DNA of 34,230 nt. It comes from Phototrophicales bacterium. GTDB lineage: Bacteria; Chloroflexota; Anaerolineae; Aggregatilineales; Phototrophicaceae. Both the position numbers and the translations under genes were made by a program. The stretch is from the NCBI GenBank assembly GCA_002794515.1, contig PGTJ01000001.1, forward strand, positions 1 through 34,230, given 5' to 3'. Below, one piece after another: positions 9,363 to 18,262 of this stretch. Below the pieces are notes generated by a model, which saw only the letters and a list, made by a program, of their open reading frames with translations, was not told where the DNA came from and did no database searches. Positions within the stretch are counted from its first letter, which is position 1; each line of letters begins with the position of its first letter.

Positions 9363-11276
9363 ATGTCTGATGCACAAACTTTTTCATTCCAAGCAGAAAT
9401 TAAACAATTGCTCGACATCCTCATCCATTCGTTGTATTCTGACCGCGAAATTTTTTTGCGGGAACTCATCTCGAATGCCTCTGATGCGCTAAATCGGGTG
9501 CAATTTGAACTTCTGACCAATCAGAATGTGTTAGATGCCGATGCGGAGTTATATATCGAGGTCAAAATCGACCCCGAAGCCAAAACGCTCACCATTAGTG
9601 ATAGTGGTATCGGCATGACCCGCGAGGATATGATCAACAATTTGGGGACAATCGCCCGCAGTGGCGCGAAACAATTCATCGAAGCCATGAAAGCCGGGCA
9701 AAATGGTGCGACCAACGCCGCCGAAGTCATCGGTCAATTCGGGGTCGGGTTTTATTCGGCATTCATGGTAGCAGATAAAGTGCGCGTGGTCTCGAAATCA
9801 TATATCCCCGATGAACCCGCCTACGCATGGGAAGCCACTGGCGATTCGAGTTATACCGTCATGCCCGCCGAGCGCCAAAATCGTGGGACGGATATCATCT
9901 TGCATATTAAAGAGGAAGATGCCGAATTTTTGCAAAATTGGCGGATTAAGCAAATCATCCGCAAACATTCCGATTATATCGCCTTCCCCATTTATGTCGA
10001 TGATGACGAAAACCCCACCAACGAACAGACGGCGCTCTGGCGACAATCCCCCGATGAAATCGAAGCACAAAAATACATCGATTTTTACCGCGCCTTCACA
10101 ATGGATTTCAACGAACCCCTGCATAAAATTCACATGCGTGCCGATGTGCCATTGCAATTTTATGCCCTGCTCTATATCCCGTCATCAGGCGAACAAACCA
10201 TGTTCAGCCTCCGCAAAGAGGTGGGCTTAAAATTATATGCCCGTAAAATCCTCATCCAAGAATATTGCAAAGATTTGCTCCCCGAATATCTCAGTTTTGT
10301 GCAAGGGGTGGTGGATACCGAAGATTTGCCCCTGAATGTCAACCGCGAAAGTGTGCAGGCAAATCGGGTCATGGCAACACTCAAAAAGACCCTGACGAGC
10401 AAGGTGCTGTCTGAACTCAGACGGTTGGCGAATAAAGAACGCGAGACGTATCTGAAAATTTATGCCGAATTTGGTCGGCTCATCAAACAAGGGGTGGTGG
10501 TCGCGCCCAGCGATAAGACCGATATCGAGCCGTTGTTGTTCTTCAATTCAACACACGATGATGACCCACAATCGTTTCATAGCCTCGCCGATTATGTCGA
10601 GCGCATGAAAGAAAACCAAGATGATATTTATTACATCATCGGCGATGATTTTCATAGCGCACGCCGTAGCCCGCATCTCGATGCCTTCCGCCAACGCGGT
10701 GTGGAGGTGTTGTATTTCACCGACCCCGTAGATGCCGCCATGCTCATGGGCTTGACCGATTACAAAGGGCATAAAATCCGCAGTGTGGATGAGAGCGATA
10801 TCGACCTGAGCAACATTGGCGAAATTCAGACCCCACCAGAAGACACGCCCGCCCTAGAGGGCGATAGCTTCGAGGTGTTGCAAGCGCGCTTCAAGACCAT
10901 TTTGGGCGATCGGGTGCGCGATGTGCGCCAAAGCAAGGCAATCTTCAACAGCCCTGCCCGCTTGGTGAGCGATGAGACGGGCAATAATCGCTATGCCTAT
11001 CGCATTAACCGCTTGTTAGATAAAGATTATCAACTGCCTGTGAAAATCTTGGAACTGAATCCACGTCATGGCTTGTTGCATAACCTGACAGGCTTGATCA
11101 ATAGTGGGCAAACAGCGCTGGTCGATGCGGTGATTGAGCAAATCTTCGAGACGGCATTGCTCCAAGACGGCATTCATCCCGACCCATCGGCGATGGCGAA
11201 TCGCCTGATCATGCTCATGCAAGCCGCCACTGGCACACCTGCTGATGCGCTGGCGTTTGAAGACAACAACCTATAA
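9363..11276 (+). CDS. htpG: Molecular chaperone HtpG (Hsp90 family)
   Basis: Hsp90 N-terminal signature FQAEIKQLLDILIHSLYSDREIFLRELISNASDAL. GGGAG RBS 6 nt before ATG 9363. The ORF-track start at 9330 would add 11 non-conserved residues. Confidence 0.92.
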   Translation: MSDAQTFSFQAEIKQLLDILIHSLYSDREIFLRELISNASDALNRVQFELLTNQNVLDADAELYIEVKIDPEAKTLTISDSGIGMTREDMINNLGTIARSGAKQFIEAMKAGQNGATNAAEVIGQFGVGFYSAFMVADKVRVVSKSYIPDEPAYAWEATGDSSYTVMPAERQNRGTDIILHIKEEDAEFLQNWRIKQIIRKHSDYIAFPIYVDDDENPTNEQTALWRQSPDEIEAQKYIDFYRAFTMDFNEPLHKIHMRADVPLQFYALLYIPSSGEQTMFSLRKEVGLKLYARKILIQEYCKDLLPEYLSFVQGVVDTEDLPLNVNRESVQANRVMATLKKTLTSKVLSELRRLANKERETYLKIYAEFGRLIKQGVVVAPSDKTDIEPLLFFNSTHDDDPQSFHSLADYVERMKENQDDIYYIIGDDFHSARRSPHLDAFRQRGVEVLYFTDPVDAAMLMGLTDYKGHKIRSVDESDIDLSNIGEIQTPPEDTPALEGDSFEVLQARFKTILGDRVRDVRQSKAIFNSPARLVSDETGNNRYAYRINRLLDKDYQLPVKILELNPRHGLLHNLTGLINSGQTALVDAVIEQIFETALLQDGIHPDPSAMANRLIMLMQAATGTPADALAFEDNNL

Positions 11277-11278
11277 TC

Positions 11279-11311
11279 AAACAGGGGGATGAGCCGTTCA
11301 TCCCCCTGTTT
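11279..11311. terminator. Bidirectional intrinsic terminator between convergent htpG and the SH3b lipoprotein gene
   Basis: Perfect 14-bp stem AAACAGGGGGATGA / TCATCCCCCTGTTT with a 5-nt loop. It sits between stop codons at 11274-11276 (+) and 11315-11317 (-). A/T runs form the outer stem ends on both strands. Confidence 0.8.
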
Positions 11312-11314
11312 TCA

Positions 11315-12595
11315 TCAACGGACGACAAATGTACATGACCCTTCTTCGGTCAAATTGAGCGTCCCTGGTCCGTAATTGGCTTTGCCATCGCTAATGGCAT
11401 TCGCCCATGTTGCCCGATAGGTGATGCGGTACGTCCCCGCGGTGAGCGTCTGATTAAACGGCACAAACCACGATTTAGAATAACTATTCGTCCCTGTCTG
11501 TGTGATATTCGGCACGCCATATTGTCGCCAGTTATCGAGCAATACATCATTGACGCGCACCTCATAACGCACCGCCGCCTCATGCTGATTAATCAAAGCA
11601 CGGGCGCTCTCTTCGCTATTGGCGACCACAATCCAGCTCCACCATACGATGATAGTCGACCCCGCCGCCAAATTGGTCGGCGCAGAGATGCGGAGGTTGG
11701 GGTTATCGCACAGAGCAAATACACGCACACCTTGTTGCACGACTGGGTTATCGCCCGCGACAGGTGTCACACCCGATGATACGGTCGGGGGTATATTGCT
11801 ATTGGGGTCGGGTGTGTTGCTGGGGATAATTGGTTGATTCGGCGCAGGGGTGAAGGTCGGCGGTGGCGACACCTGTACGATATTGCCCGCCAAAGCGGTC
11901 GCCGTCTGATTAATCACACTGACATTCACATCGGGGATGACAGGGATGAACGGCGCGGTGGTGGTTGGGGTATTCACCACTTGGACAGGTTGTGTGCCGA
12001 GCGGTGTCGCCGAGACGGCGGCTAAAGGTGGTGTTGGGGTGATTGTCCCCCCGCCGATGAGTGCCGTTGGCAAGGGTGTACCCAATGCCAATAAAGTTTG
12101 GTCGGGTGTTGGGGTGAATGATGGGGGTGGTGTGGGGGTGGCTTGTACCGATACCAACCGCGCCGAGACCCACCCTTGTCTGCCATCGCTCAACAAAATA
12201 TTAAACCAATCACCCGCCGTATTTTGCCCCAATATCTGCACACCGTCACCGGGTGTGAGTGTGGCGATCACCTCAAATCCTTCACCGGGACCGTTGCGTA
12301 CATTGATGCGCTGTGTGCCTTGGATCCGCCCAATAATCGGCGGTGTGGGTGTTGGACTCGGTGGCACAGGGGTGATAGACGGCGTAAAGGTCGGTGATGG
12401 AGTGAAGGTGAAGGTCGGCAATGGGGTACGGGTGGAGACGGGTGTCGCGGTCAATTCTGGTGTGAGGCTGAATAGCGGTTGCAAGGTGGCGGTGGGGATG
12501 CTGGCAACTGGTTCAGTCGTATCGCCACCGCACGCCGCTAAAATCAATAACATAACCAATATCAAGCTAAAAGATATTTTTTGTATCATCAGCAT
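11315..12595 (-). CDS. Lipoprotein with Pro/Thr-rich linkers, one bacterial SH3 domain and a C-terminal domain of unknown function
   Basis: Lipobox LILAACGG. SH3b-like RINVRNGPGEGFEVIATLTPGDGVQILGQNTAGDWFNILLSDGRQGWVSARLV. Long P/T/S tracts. The last ~150 aa are beta-rich and I cannot place them in a family. Confidence 0.75.
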   Translation of the reverse strand: MLMIQKISFSLILVMLLILAACGGDTTEPVASIPTATLQPLFSLTPELTATPVSTRTPLPTFTFTPSPTFTPSITPVPPSPTPTPPIIGRIQGTQRINVRNGPGEGFEVIATLTPGDGVQILGQNTAGDWFNILLSDGRQGWVSARLVSVQATPTPPPSFTPTPDQTLLALGTPLPTALIGGGTITPTPPLAAVSATPLGTQPVQVVNTPTTTAPFIPVIPDVNVSVINQTATALAGNIVQVSPPPTFTPAPNQPIIPSNTPDPNSNIPPTVSSGVTPVAGDNPVVQQGVRVFALCDNPNLRISAPTNLAAGSTIIVWWSWIVVANSEESARALINQHEAAVRYEVRVNDVLLDNWRQYGVPNITQTGTNSYSKSWFVPFNQTLTAGTYRITYRATWANAISDGKANYGPGTLNLTEEGSCTFVVR

Positions 12596-12684
12596 CTATC
12601 CAATCCGAAAATTGACATTCGGCGAACTATCTAACACAATATAACCACCATTATAGCCGATGCGCCAGAAAGGATAAACGATTT

Positions 12685-13431
12685 ATGCCCCGTCTTAGCC
12701 ACCTATTGCCCGTTTGTTTGCTCATTTTAACAGGTACTTTCGTCCTGTTAGCAAGCACGGATGACTCACGGCAATGGTTGACATTAGATACACCAACACG
12801 CTTTGAACTGGATGGCATATCACCACAATTTTTTTATTATGCTGGCACAGAGGGCGAAACCGTCACCATCACCATGACTAGCCTATCGAATATAGAGGAT
12901 GCCCTGAATAATCCGATCCTCGAAATTTGGGATGTGAGGGGGAAGCGCCTCGCCTATAATGATGACCGTCGTCATGATGACAGAAATGCCCAACTATCCC
13001 ATATCCGCCTATTGGATGATGGCGATTATGTCATTCGTGCCGACACCTATGGCGGGATATATGCGGGCGCGTTTGAAATCATCATTCGTCAATCAGACCC
13101 ATTTGGTAAGATAGACATCCCCAATGGGTGGGATTTTCATCTGCCACCATACAGCATATTCACCCATACACTCCGTTTGCAGGCGGGGGATATCATCACC
13201 ATCAGCGCACAAGACTTATCCAACACACTCGACCCATTGTTGTGGATAACTGCGCCAGATGGCAGGCGAATCGCCCAAAATGATGACCACACCAGCACCG
13301 ATTTGGCATTAGGCGTGCTAGATGCACAAATCGCCGATTTGAATATCATCACCACAGGCGATTACACCATTCATGTACGCGACTTTTTGGGGCGTAATGG
13401 ACGGGTGCGCCTGACGTGGATTATGCGTTAA
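12685..13431 (+). CDS. Secreted protein made of two tandem pre-peptidase-C-terminal (PPC)-like domains, no catalytic domain
   Basis: Signal-like leader LLPVCLLILTGTFVLLAS. Internal duplication: NPILEIWDVRGKRLAYNDDRRHDD..DGDYVIRADTYGG versus DPLLWITAPDGRRIAQNDDHTSTD..TGDYTIHVRDFLG. Confidence 0.65.
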   Translation: MPRLSHLLPVCLLILTGTFVLLASTDDSRQWLTLDTPTRFELDGISPQFFYYAGTEGETVTITMTSLSNIEDALNNPILEIWDVRGKRLAYNDDRRHDDRNAQLSHIRLLDDGDYVIRADTYGGIYAGAFEIIIRQSDPFGKIDIPNGWDFHLPPYSIFTHTLRLQAGDIITISAQDLSNTLDPLLWITAPDGRRIAQNDDHTSTDLALGVLDAQIADLNIITTGDYTIHVRDFLGRNGRVRLTWIMR

Positions 13432-13474
13432 AATCAAGCCACTTGTTTATATCCGATAGCGACCAATTGCAGTC

Positions 13475-13503
13475 TTGACCACACCCCTAAGGTATGATAT
13501 ATT
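13475..13503 (+). promoter_or_regulatory. Sigma-70-type promoter for tRNA-Arg
   Basis: TTGACC (13475-13480), a 17-nt spacer, and an extended -10 TGATATATT (TATATT at 13498-13503). It lies about 15 nt upstream of the tRNA 5' end. Confidence 0.5.
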
Positions 13504-13517
13504 TGTTTTTACAAAAT

Positions 13518-13591
13518 GGGCATGTAGCTCAGTGGATTAGAGCGTTTGGCTACGGACCAAAAAGTCGGGAGTTCGAATCTCTCCATGCTCA
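13518..13591 (+). tRNA. tRNA-Arg (anticodon ACG)
   Basis: Cloverleaf folded by hand. Acceptor GGGCATG/CATGCTC (one G-U), D arm GCTC-AGTGGATTA-GAGC, anticodon arm TTTGG-CTACGGA-CCAAA, variable loop AAGTC, T arm GGGAG-TTCGAAT-CTCTC, discriminator A. CCA is not encoded. Confidence 0.9.
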
Positions 13592-13598
13592 CACCCCA

Positions 13599-13632
13599 AA
13601 AACAATCGGTGTCATGCCGATTGTTTTATTTT
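13599..13632. terminator. Terminator hairpin shared by the tRNA (+) and the convergent isomerase gene (-)
   Basis: Perfect 11-bp stem AAAACAATCGG / CCGATTGTTTT with the 7-nt loop TGTCATG, followed by ATTTT. The minus-strand stop codon is at 13631-13633. Confidence 0.7.
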
Positions 13633-14431
13633 ACCCCTGTAACATCTTATCCAGTTGAAAATAATGCAGGCTTTGGCGCATATCGCTCACCTGCCACATC
13701 TCTAAACAGAAATATGGCGGATGCTCTAATTTGCGGAGCATGGGCAAAATCTCGTTGTAATTTAACACCCCATCCTGCCAATCGAACCCATAATGCTCAT
13801 CAATCACGCCATTGTTGTTATTCAGGTGGGTATGGATGAGCCATGGGGCGAGGTGTTGGATCCAATCGGCGATGGTGTGATGTTTATCACCAAATACCCG
13901 CGCATGACCGATATCCAAACAGGCTTTGAGGTGCGGATGATTCACCTCGCGCAAGACATCGCCGATGATGCTCGGTTCGTATTCCCACATATTTTCGAGG
14001 ACGATGGTCACGCCGTTGGTTTTAGCGGTTTCTGCCATATTATGCCAAAAGCCGACATTGCGCTCATGCCAACCCCGTCGATAACTGCTATTATGCAATG
14101 AGCCGATGAAATTGGCGTGCAAATTGACGATTTTAATGCCCAATTCAGAGGCGATATAAATGGCATGTTGATACCGTTGCATCGACACATGATTGATGAG
14201 TTCATCTGGGCTACCAGAGACCAAATCCATGAACGGACCATGTAGGGTGATGGGCGCACGCACAGGGCGCAAGATGGCGTTATAAGTCGAGACGGTTTGC
14301 TTCCAGTTGCCATCGAGGATCTCGGGATAGGCAAATGTCATCAGCTCGACCCCAACACCCACCTCGAGGGCGAGGTCTATACACTCTTCTATATTATTGC
14401 GGTCGGCACTCAGTAAAACTTGGTCTGTCAT
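13631..14431 (-). CDS. Sugar phosphate isomerase/epimerase (xylose-isomerase-like TIM barrel, AP-endonuclease-2 superfamily)
   Basis: GAGG RBS before ATG 14431. Pattern typical of the family: VELMTFAYPE, ITLHGPF, NLHANF, IVLENMWE, ACLDIGHA, THLNNN. Confidence 0.7.
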   Translation of the reverse strand: MTDQVLLSADRNNIEECIDLALEVGVGVELMTFAYPEILDGNWKQTVSTYNAILRPVRAPITLHGPFMDLVSGSPDELINHVSMQRYQHAIYIASELGIKIVNLHANFIGSLHNSSYRRGWHERNVGFWHNMAETAKTNGVTIVLENMWEYEPSIIGDVLREVNHPHLKACLDIGHARVFGDKHHTIADWIQHLAPWLIHTHLNNNNGVIDEHYGFDWQDGVLNYNEILPMLRKLEHPPYFCLEMWQVSDMRQSLHYFQLDKMLQG

Positions 14432-14567
14432 GGAAACCTCAGGTATGGATACCCCTACCCGCAGGCATGGGGATTCTCACTTTGTAATATGCAACATTTT
14501 ACAACAGTTTTCTAAGAAAACAGGCAGTACATTGGTTATAACTCCGCTAGAATATTGTCTAGGATGC

Positions 14568-15734
14568 CTAACAATTACCCTCACCAGCATAACCGATAGG
14601 CGACCAAACAGGTGGTGTATTGCCCAACGCATCTTCATCATAGAAGACCCATGTGCCATGTGAGAGGTCATAGATGACCAAGTGATACTCACTACGAAAC
14701 GCCAAATAGCGCCCGTCAGGGCTAAAGCGGGGAAAATCGGTATAAGCGAAAAGCGGGTCATTAATGAAAATCGTGGCGCTATTATCGGCATTGCCGATGA
14801 GGGGTATCACCCACAAGTAATTTTGTTGCACATCACGCAAATTACGGACGGATGCCAACATGGCACTGCCATCTGGAAACCACACATGGTCGAGGGTGAG
14901 GCTGGCTTTCTCGCTTAGGCGGGTGAGTATCGCGCCTGGGCTATTGGCGACCATCCAAAAAGTATCGTGGAAAGCGCGCCCAGAATAAATGAAACTGATG
15001 ATTTGGCTATCTGGACTCCAACGAGGCGAGCGCATACTGCCGACTTCAAAACGAGTGAGCTGATATTTGGTCGCACCATCGGCGCTGACCACCCACAAAT
15101 CGGCTTCATCAATGGTCGGCAATGGTGGTCCCGCCTGCCCTTGCGGTGTCGGCACGGCGGTAGAAAACGCATCTGCGCCAGGCACACGCGGGTCATAACT
15201 GACATACGCCAGCCATGCACCATCGGGCGACCAGGCGGGGGTGAATTCGCGCCCGGTACGACTATAAAAATTGGGTGTGCCACCTGTTTCATCTATCCAT
15301 GCGATATGCGATTGTTTTTCTAGCCCACGCGCCCCTTGTATCATGCGATACATGGTGAAGGCGATTTTGCCGTTGATGCTCCATGTCGGCTCCCATACGC
15401 CCCAATCGTTGGGCGATAAATCGGTAAATTGCACCATGTCGCGCACATCAGTGCCATCGAGGCGGGCGCTATATAATTTGGGCATCCCGACCGATGTGGA
15501 ATCCACTGTGAACAACACCCGGCATCCATCTGGCGAGAAATCCCACAGGTGCAATTCGCCGATGATAGGAAAGGTGAGGATGCGCGCCTCGCCCGTATTC
15601 ACATCGCGGATGATGATTCGGTCGTGTGTGGCGGGGACGGTGGCGATGATTAAATCGGATAAAAGGGTAATCGGTTGGGCATGGGTGATGCCGATAAAGA
15701 CGAACATCAGACAACATAAAATAGCTTTTTTCAT
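14568..15734 (-). CDS. Secreted TolB-like beta-propeller protein (WD40-like PD40 repeats)
   Basis: Signal peptide MKKAILCCLMFVFIGITHAQ. Recurring PD40-type motifs FSPDGCRV, WSPDGAWLAYVS, WSPDSQIISF, FPDGSAM and FSPDGRYLAF. Confidence 0.8.
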   Translation of the reverse strand: MKKAILCCLMFVFIGITHAQPITLLSDLIIATVPATHDRIIIRDVNTGEARILTFPIIGELHLWDFSPDGCRVLFTVDSTSVGMPKLYSARLDGTDVRDMVQFTDLSPNDWGVWEPTWSINGKIAFTMYRMIQGARGLEKQSHIAWIDETGGTPNFYSRTGREFTPAWSPDGAWLAYVSYDPRVPGADAFSTAVPTPQGQAGPPLPTIDEADLWVVSADGATKYQLTRFEVGSMRSPRWSPDSQIISFIYSGRAFHDTFWMVANSPGAILTRLSEKASLTLDHVWFPDGSAMLASVRNLRDVQQNYLWVIPLIGNADNSATIFINDPLFAYTDFPRFSPDGRYLAFRSEYHLVIYDLSHGTWVFYDEDALGNTPPVWSPIGYAGEGNC

Positions 15735-15785
15735 GCTTGCTCCATCAAACTTAACAGGGGCTTAAATGAACTCATGACAAAGATT

Positions 15786-15815
15786 TTGGCGCAAATATTT
15801 TTCATATGCTATCAT
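15786..15815 (+). promoter_or_regulatory. Candidate promoter of the ABC importer operon
   Basis: TTGGCG (15786-15791), an 18-nt spacer, and an extended -10 TGCTATCAT (TATCAT at 15810-15815). Confidence 0.35.
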
Positions 15816-15863
15816 CACAGAGGAAATTTTCCAACTCATTGAGCCTATTTGGAGGTTTTTAAC

Positions 15864-17210
15864 ATGCAAAAACTGGTCTCGCGTTTCGGTTTACTGCTCG
15901 TCCTCATCGGTGTGTTATGTGTTGCGCCATTCACACAAGCACAAAGTAGGGTTCAAATTGATTTTTATTGGGCATCGGCTGTCGAAGGCAACCTGCCCGC
16001 CATCTTTCAGGGATATGCCGACCAATTCATGGCAGAAAACCCGAATATTCAAATCAATGTCGTCTATAGCGGGTCATATACCCAAACCCGCGAGACCATC
16101 CGCGCCGAAGGATTCGACCCAGTGGTGGATGTCGCCATTATGCTCGCCACCGATTTATCGACATTTATCACCGATAGTCCGATTGTCATGCTCAATCCGT
16201 TTGTTGATGCGGCAGGTGGCGAGGTGTTTCTTGCCGATTTCTTCCCCGCGTTCATCGCCAATGGGTTAGATGCCGAAGGCAATGTGTGGAGCATCCCGTT
16301 CCAACGCAGTACGCCGATTTTGTATTATAATGCCGATTTGCTCAGAGAAAACAACTTAGACGTGCCAAAAAATAACGAAGAACTCATCGCAGTGGCACAA
16401 GCGCTGACTACACCAGAACGCGCAGGCTTGTTGTTGCCCATCGCAGGGACATTCCCCATCTGGATATATCAAAGTTTTGCCGCTGCCTATGGCAGACCAT
16501 TGGTGGATTCGGGCTTAGACACGGTATATTTTGATACCCCCGAATCGCTCGCCGCCATCGAATTTATGACCCGCGTTGGGTTGCCCATAGAAGAAGGTGG
16601 TTTTGGTGTTGGTCCGCGTGGTGGTAGCGCATGGGGCGAAACACCCACCGCTTTCGTGAGCGGAAAAGCCGCCATGATTTATCACACCACAGGTAGCCTG
16701 ACCAGCATTTTGCAAAATGTCGCCAATTCCGAAAATCCGTTTGAAGTCGGTGTGGCATTTTTGCCATCGGGTCCGGCAGGTGAAGATGGAACAGGTTATG
16801 GCGCACCAACTGGTGGTGGCAATTTGTATATTTTCGATAACGAAAGCACCCCAAAAACCGAAGCCGAACTCGAAGCGGCATGGCAATGGGTGATGTTCCT
16901 CAGCTCGCCCGAAATTCAATCGGATTGGGGTGCAAAAACGGGTTATATCGCCGCCCGTTATAGCGCATGGGAAATTGAACCGCTCGCCAGCCTCGTGGTA
17001 GAATATCCACAATACGCGGTAGCGCGTGACCAACTGGAATTTGCTGTGAAAGAATTCGATGCGTATCGCAGTGTCGATATTCAAAATATCATCAACTTGC
17101 AACTGAGCAAAATCATCTCTGGCGAAGTGCCACTCGATCAAGCGGCAGATGCCCTTGCAGAAGCACAAGCACAAATTGACCAATTGCTCGCGCCATTTAA
17201 GGGCAATTAA
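15864..17210 (+). CDS. ABC transporter substrate-binding protein (family-1, carbohydrate/CUT1 type)
   Basis: GGAGG RBS at 15851-15855, 8 nt before ATG 15864; the track start at 15849 is a TTG immediately before that RBS. Signal peptide LLLVLIGVLCVAPFTQAQS. Size and sequence style of an extracellular sugar-binding protein. Followed by two MalF/MalG-type permease genes. Confidence 0.85.
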   Translation: MQKLVSRFGLLLVLIGVLCVAPFTQAQSRVQIDFYWASAVEGNLPAIFQGYADQFMAENPNIQINVVYSGSYTQTRETIRAEGFDPVVDVAIMLATDLSTFITDSPIVMLNPFVDAAGGEVFLADFFPAFIANGLDAEGNVWSIPFQRSTPILYYNADLLRENNLDVPKNNEELIAVAQALTTPERAGLLLPIAGTFPIWIYQSFAAAYGRPLVDSGLDTVYFDTPESLAAIEFMTRVGLPIEEGGFGVGPRGGSAWGETPTAFVSGKAAMIYHTTGSLTSILQNVANSENPFEVGVAFLPSGPAGEDGTGYGAPTGGGNLYIFDNESTPKTEAELEAAWQWVMFLSSPEIQSDWGAKTGYIAARYSAWEIEPLASLVVEYPQYAVARDQLEFAVKEFDAYRSVDIQNIINLQLSKIISGEVPLDQAADALAEAQAQIDQLLAPFKGN

Positions 17211-17220
17211 ATTCAACATT

Positions 17221-17248
17221 AAGCCCCCTTGTCTGATAAAGGGGGCTT
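17221..17248 (+). promoter_or_regulatory. GC-rich intercistronic hairpin after the binding-protein gene (mRNA stabiliser or partial terminator)
   Basis: Perfect 10-bp stem AAGCCCCCTT / AAGGGGGCTT with an 8-nt loop, 10 nt after the stop codon. No U-run follows it. Confidence 0.55.
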
Positions 17249-17278
17249 CACCCCGCTCAAATACACGGAATTACCCCT

Positions 17279-18262
17279 ATGGAACAGGTCAGCACATCGA
17301 TCAACACCGCCAGCACCGTCCAATCGAGGCGCATCAAACACCCCACATGGCGACATCTCATCCCGTATTTGCTCATCGCCCCTACGCTTATCTTTGTCGG
17401 ATTGTTCACCATTTATCCCACCATCCGCACCTTTGAGCAAAGCCTGTATCAACCAGGGATGAATGTCCGTAATGAGCGCGGGCAACGGGTGCAACAACCC
17501 GATACATTCGTGGGATTGCAGAATTATGCCGATTTATTCATTCCGCAAACCCCGCCCCACCCGATTGTCGGGGGATTTTTGCAAATATTGAGCAATACCA
17601 TCGTCTTTGCGGTGGCATCGGTAGGCATCACCTTGCCGTTATCATTCGGTATGGCATTGTTGATGAATCGTGCCATTCGGGGCAGGGCATTATGGCGATT
17701 TAGCCTATTTTATCCCGTGTTGTTGCCCCTCATCGGCGGGGCGAGTATGTGGGCATTTTTATATGGCAATTCGGGCGGGCTAATAAACACCGTTCTGCGG
17801 TCGCTAAATATCCCCACCCAAGATTGGCTAAACACACCCGATTTGGTATTGTGGTCGGTGATTGTGGTGAATATCTGGAAGCAAGCGGGCTTTTATATGA
17901 TCTTTTATCTGGCGGGGTTGCAATCTATCCCAAAGGATATTTACGAGGCGGCGGCATTAGATGGTGCATCCTATTTTCAGCAATTATTCACCATCACCAT
18001 CCCGTTATTGCGCCGAACCACCTTATTTTTATTGGTGATTGCTTCGACATATGCCTTTCAGACGGTGGAACAATTAGATGTGTTGAATAAAGGGATGCCC
18101 GCCAACCGCGCCAATTTGTTGTTATGGTATATCTATCAGATGTATCCATCATCACAAGCACGCGGATATGTCAATGCCATTTCGATGGTGCTGGTGGTGA
18201 TCTTATTCACCTTCACCTTCATCAATTTCGCCTTTTTTGAACGGAGGTCAGCCGATGAATAA
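17279..18262 (+). CDS. ABC transporter permease (MalF/UgpA type)
   Basis: Six hydrophobic spans. EAA loop IYEAAALDGASYFQQLFTITIPLL. Confidence 0.85.
   Translation: MEQVSTSINTASTVQSRRIKHPTWRHLIPYLLIAPTLIFVGLFTIYPTIRTFEQSLYQPGMNVRNERGQRVQQPDTFVGLQNYADLFIPQTPPHPIVGGFLQILSNTIVFAVASVGITLPLSFGMALLMNRAIRGRALWRFSLFYPVLLPLIGGASMWAFLYGNSGGLINTVLRSLNIPTQDWLNTPDLVLWSVIVVNIWKQAGFYMIFYLAGLQSIPKDIYEAAALDGASYFQQLFTITIPLLRRTTLFLLVIASTYAFQTVEQLDVLNKGMPANRANLLLWYIYQMYPSSQARGYVNAISMVLVVILFTFTFINFAFFERRSADE

Noticed and set aside
11937-12644. 235-aa Gly/Val-rich ORF on the + strand
   Set aside because: It is the antisense reading of the Pro/Thr-rich lipoprotein gene: CCN and ACN codons read backwards give GGN and GTN. 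It has no start context and no domain, and the opposite-strand gene has clear lipobox and SH3b features.
13546-13839. 97-aa ORF beginning inside the tRNA
   Set aside because: It starts within the tRNA-Arg body, runs through the terminator hairpin, and then reads antisense to the isomerase gene. It is spurious.
13518-15734. tRNA-Arg as the attachment site of a genomic island
   Set aside because: The downstream genes (TIM-barrel isomerase, TolB-like protein, ABC importer) look native. I found no integrase, direct repeat of the tRNA 3' end, or compositional shift by eye.
16515-17219. 234-aa ORF antisense to the ABC binding-protein gene
   Set aside because: It has no recognisable motifs and a Cys/Phe/Arg-rich composition untypical of real proteins. 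It lies fully inside a well-supported gene on the other strand.
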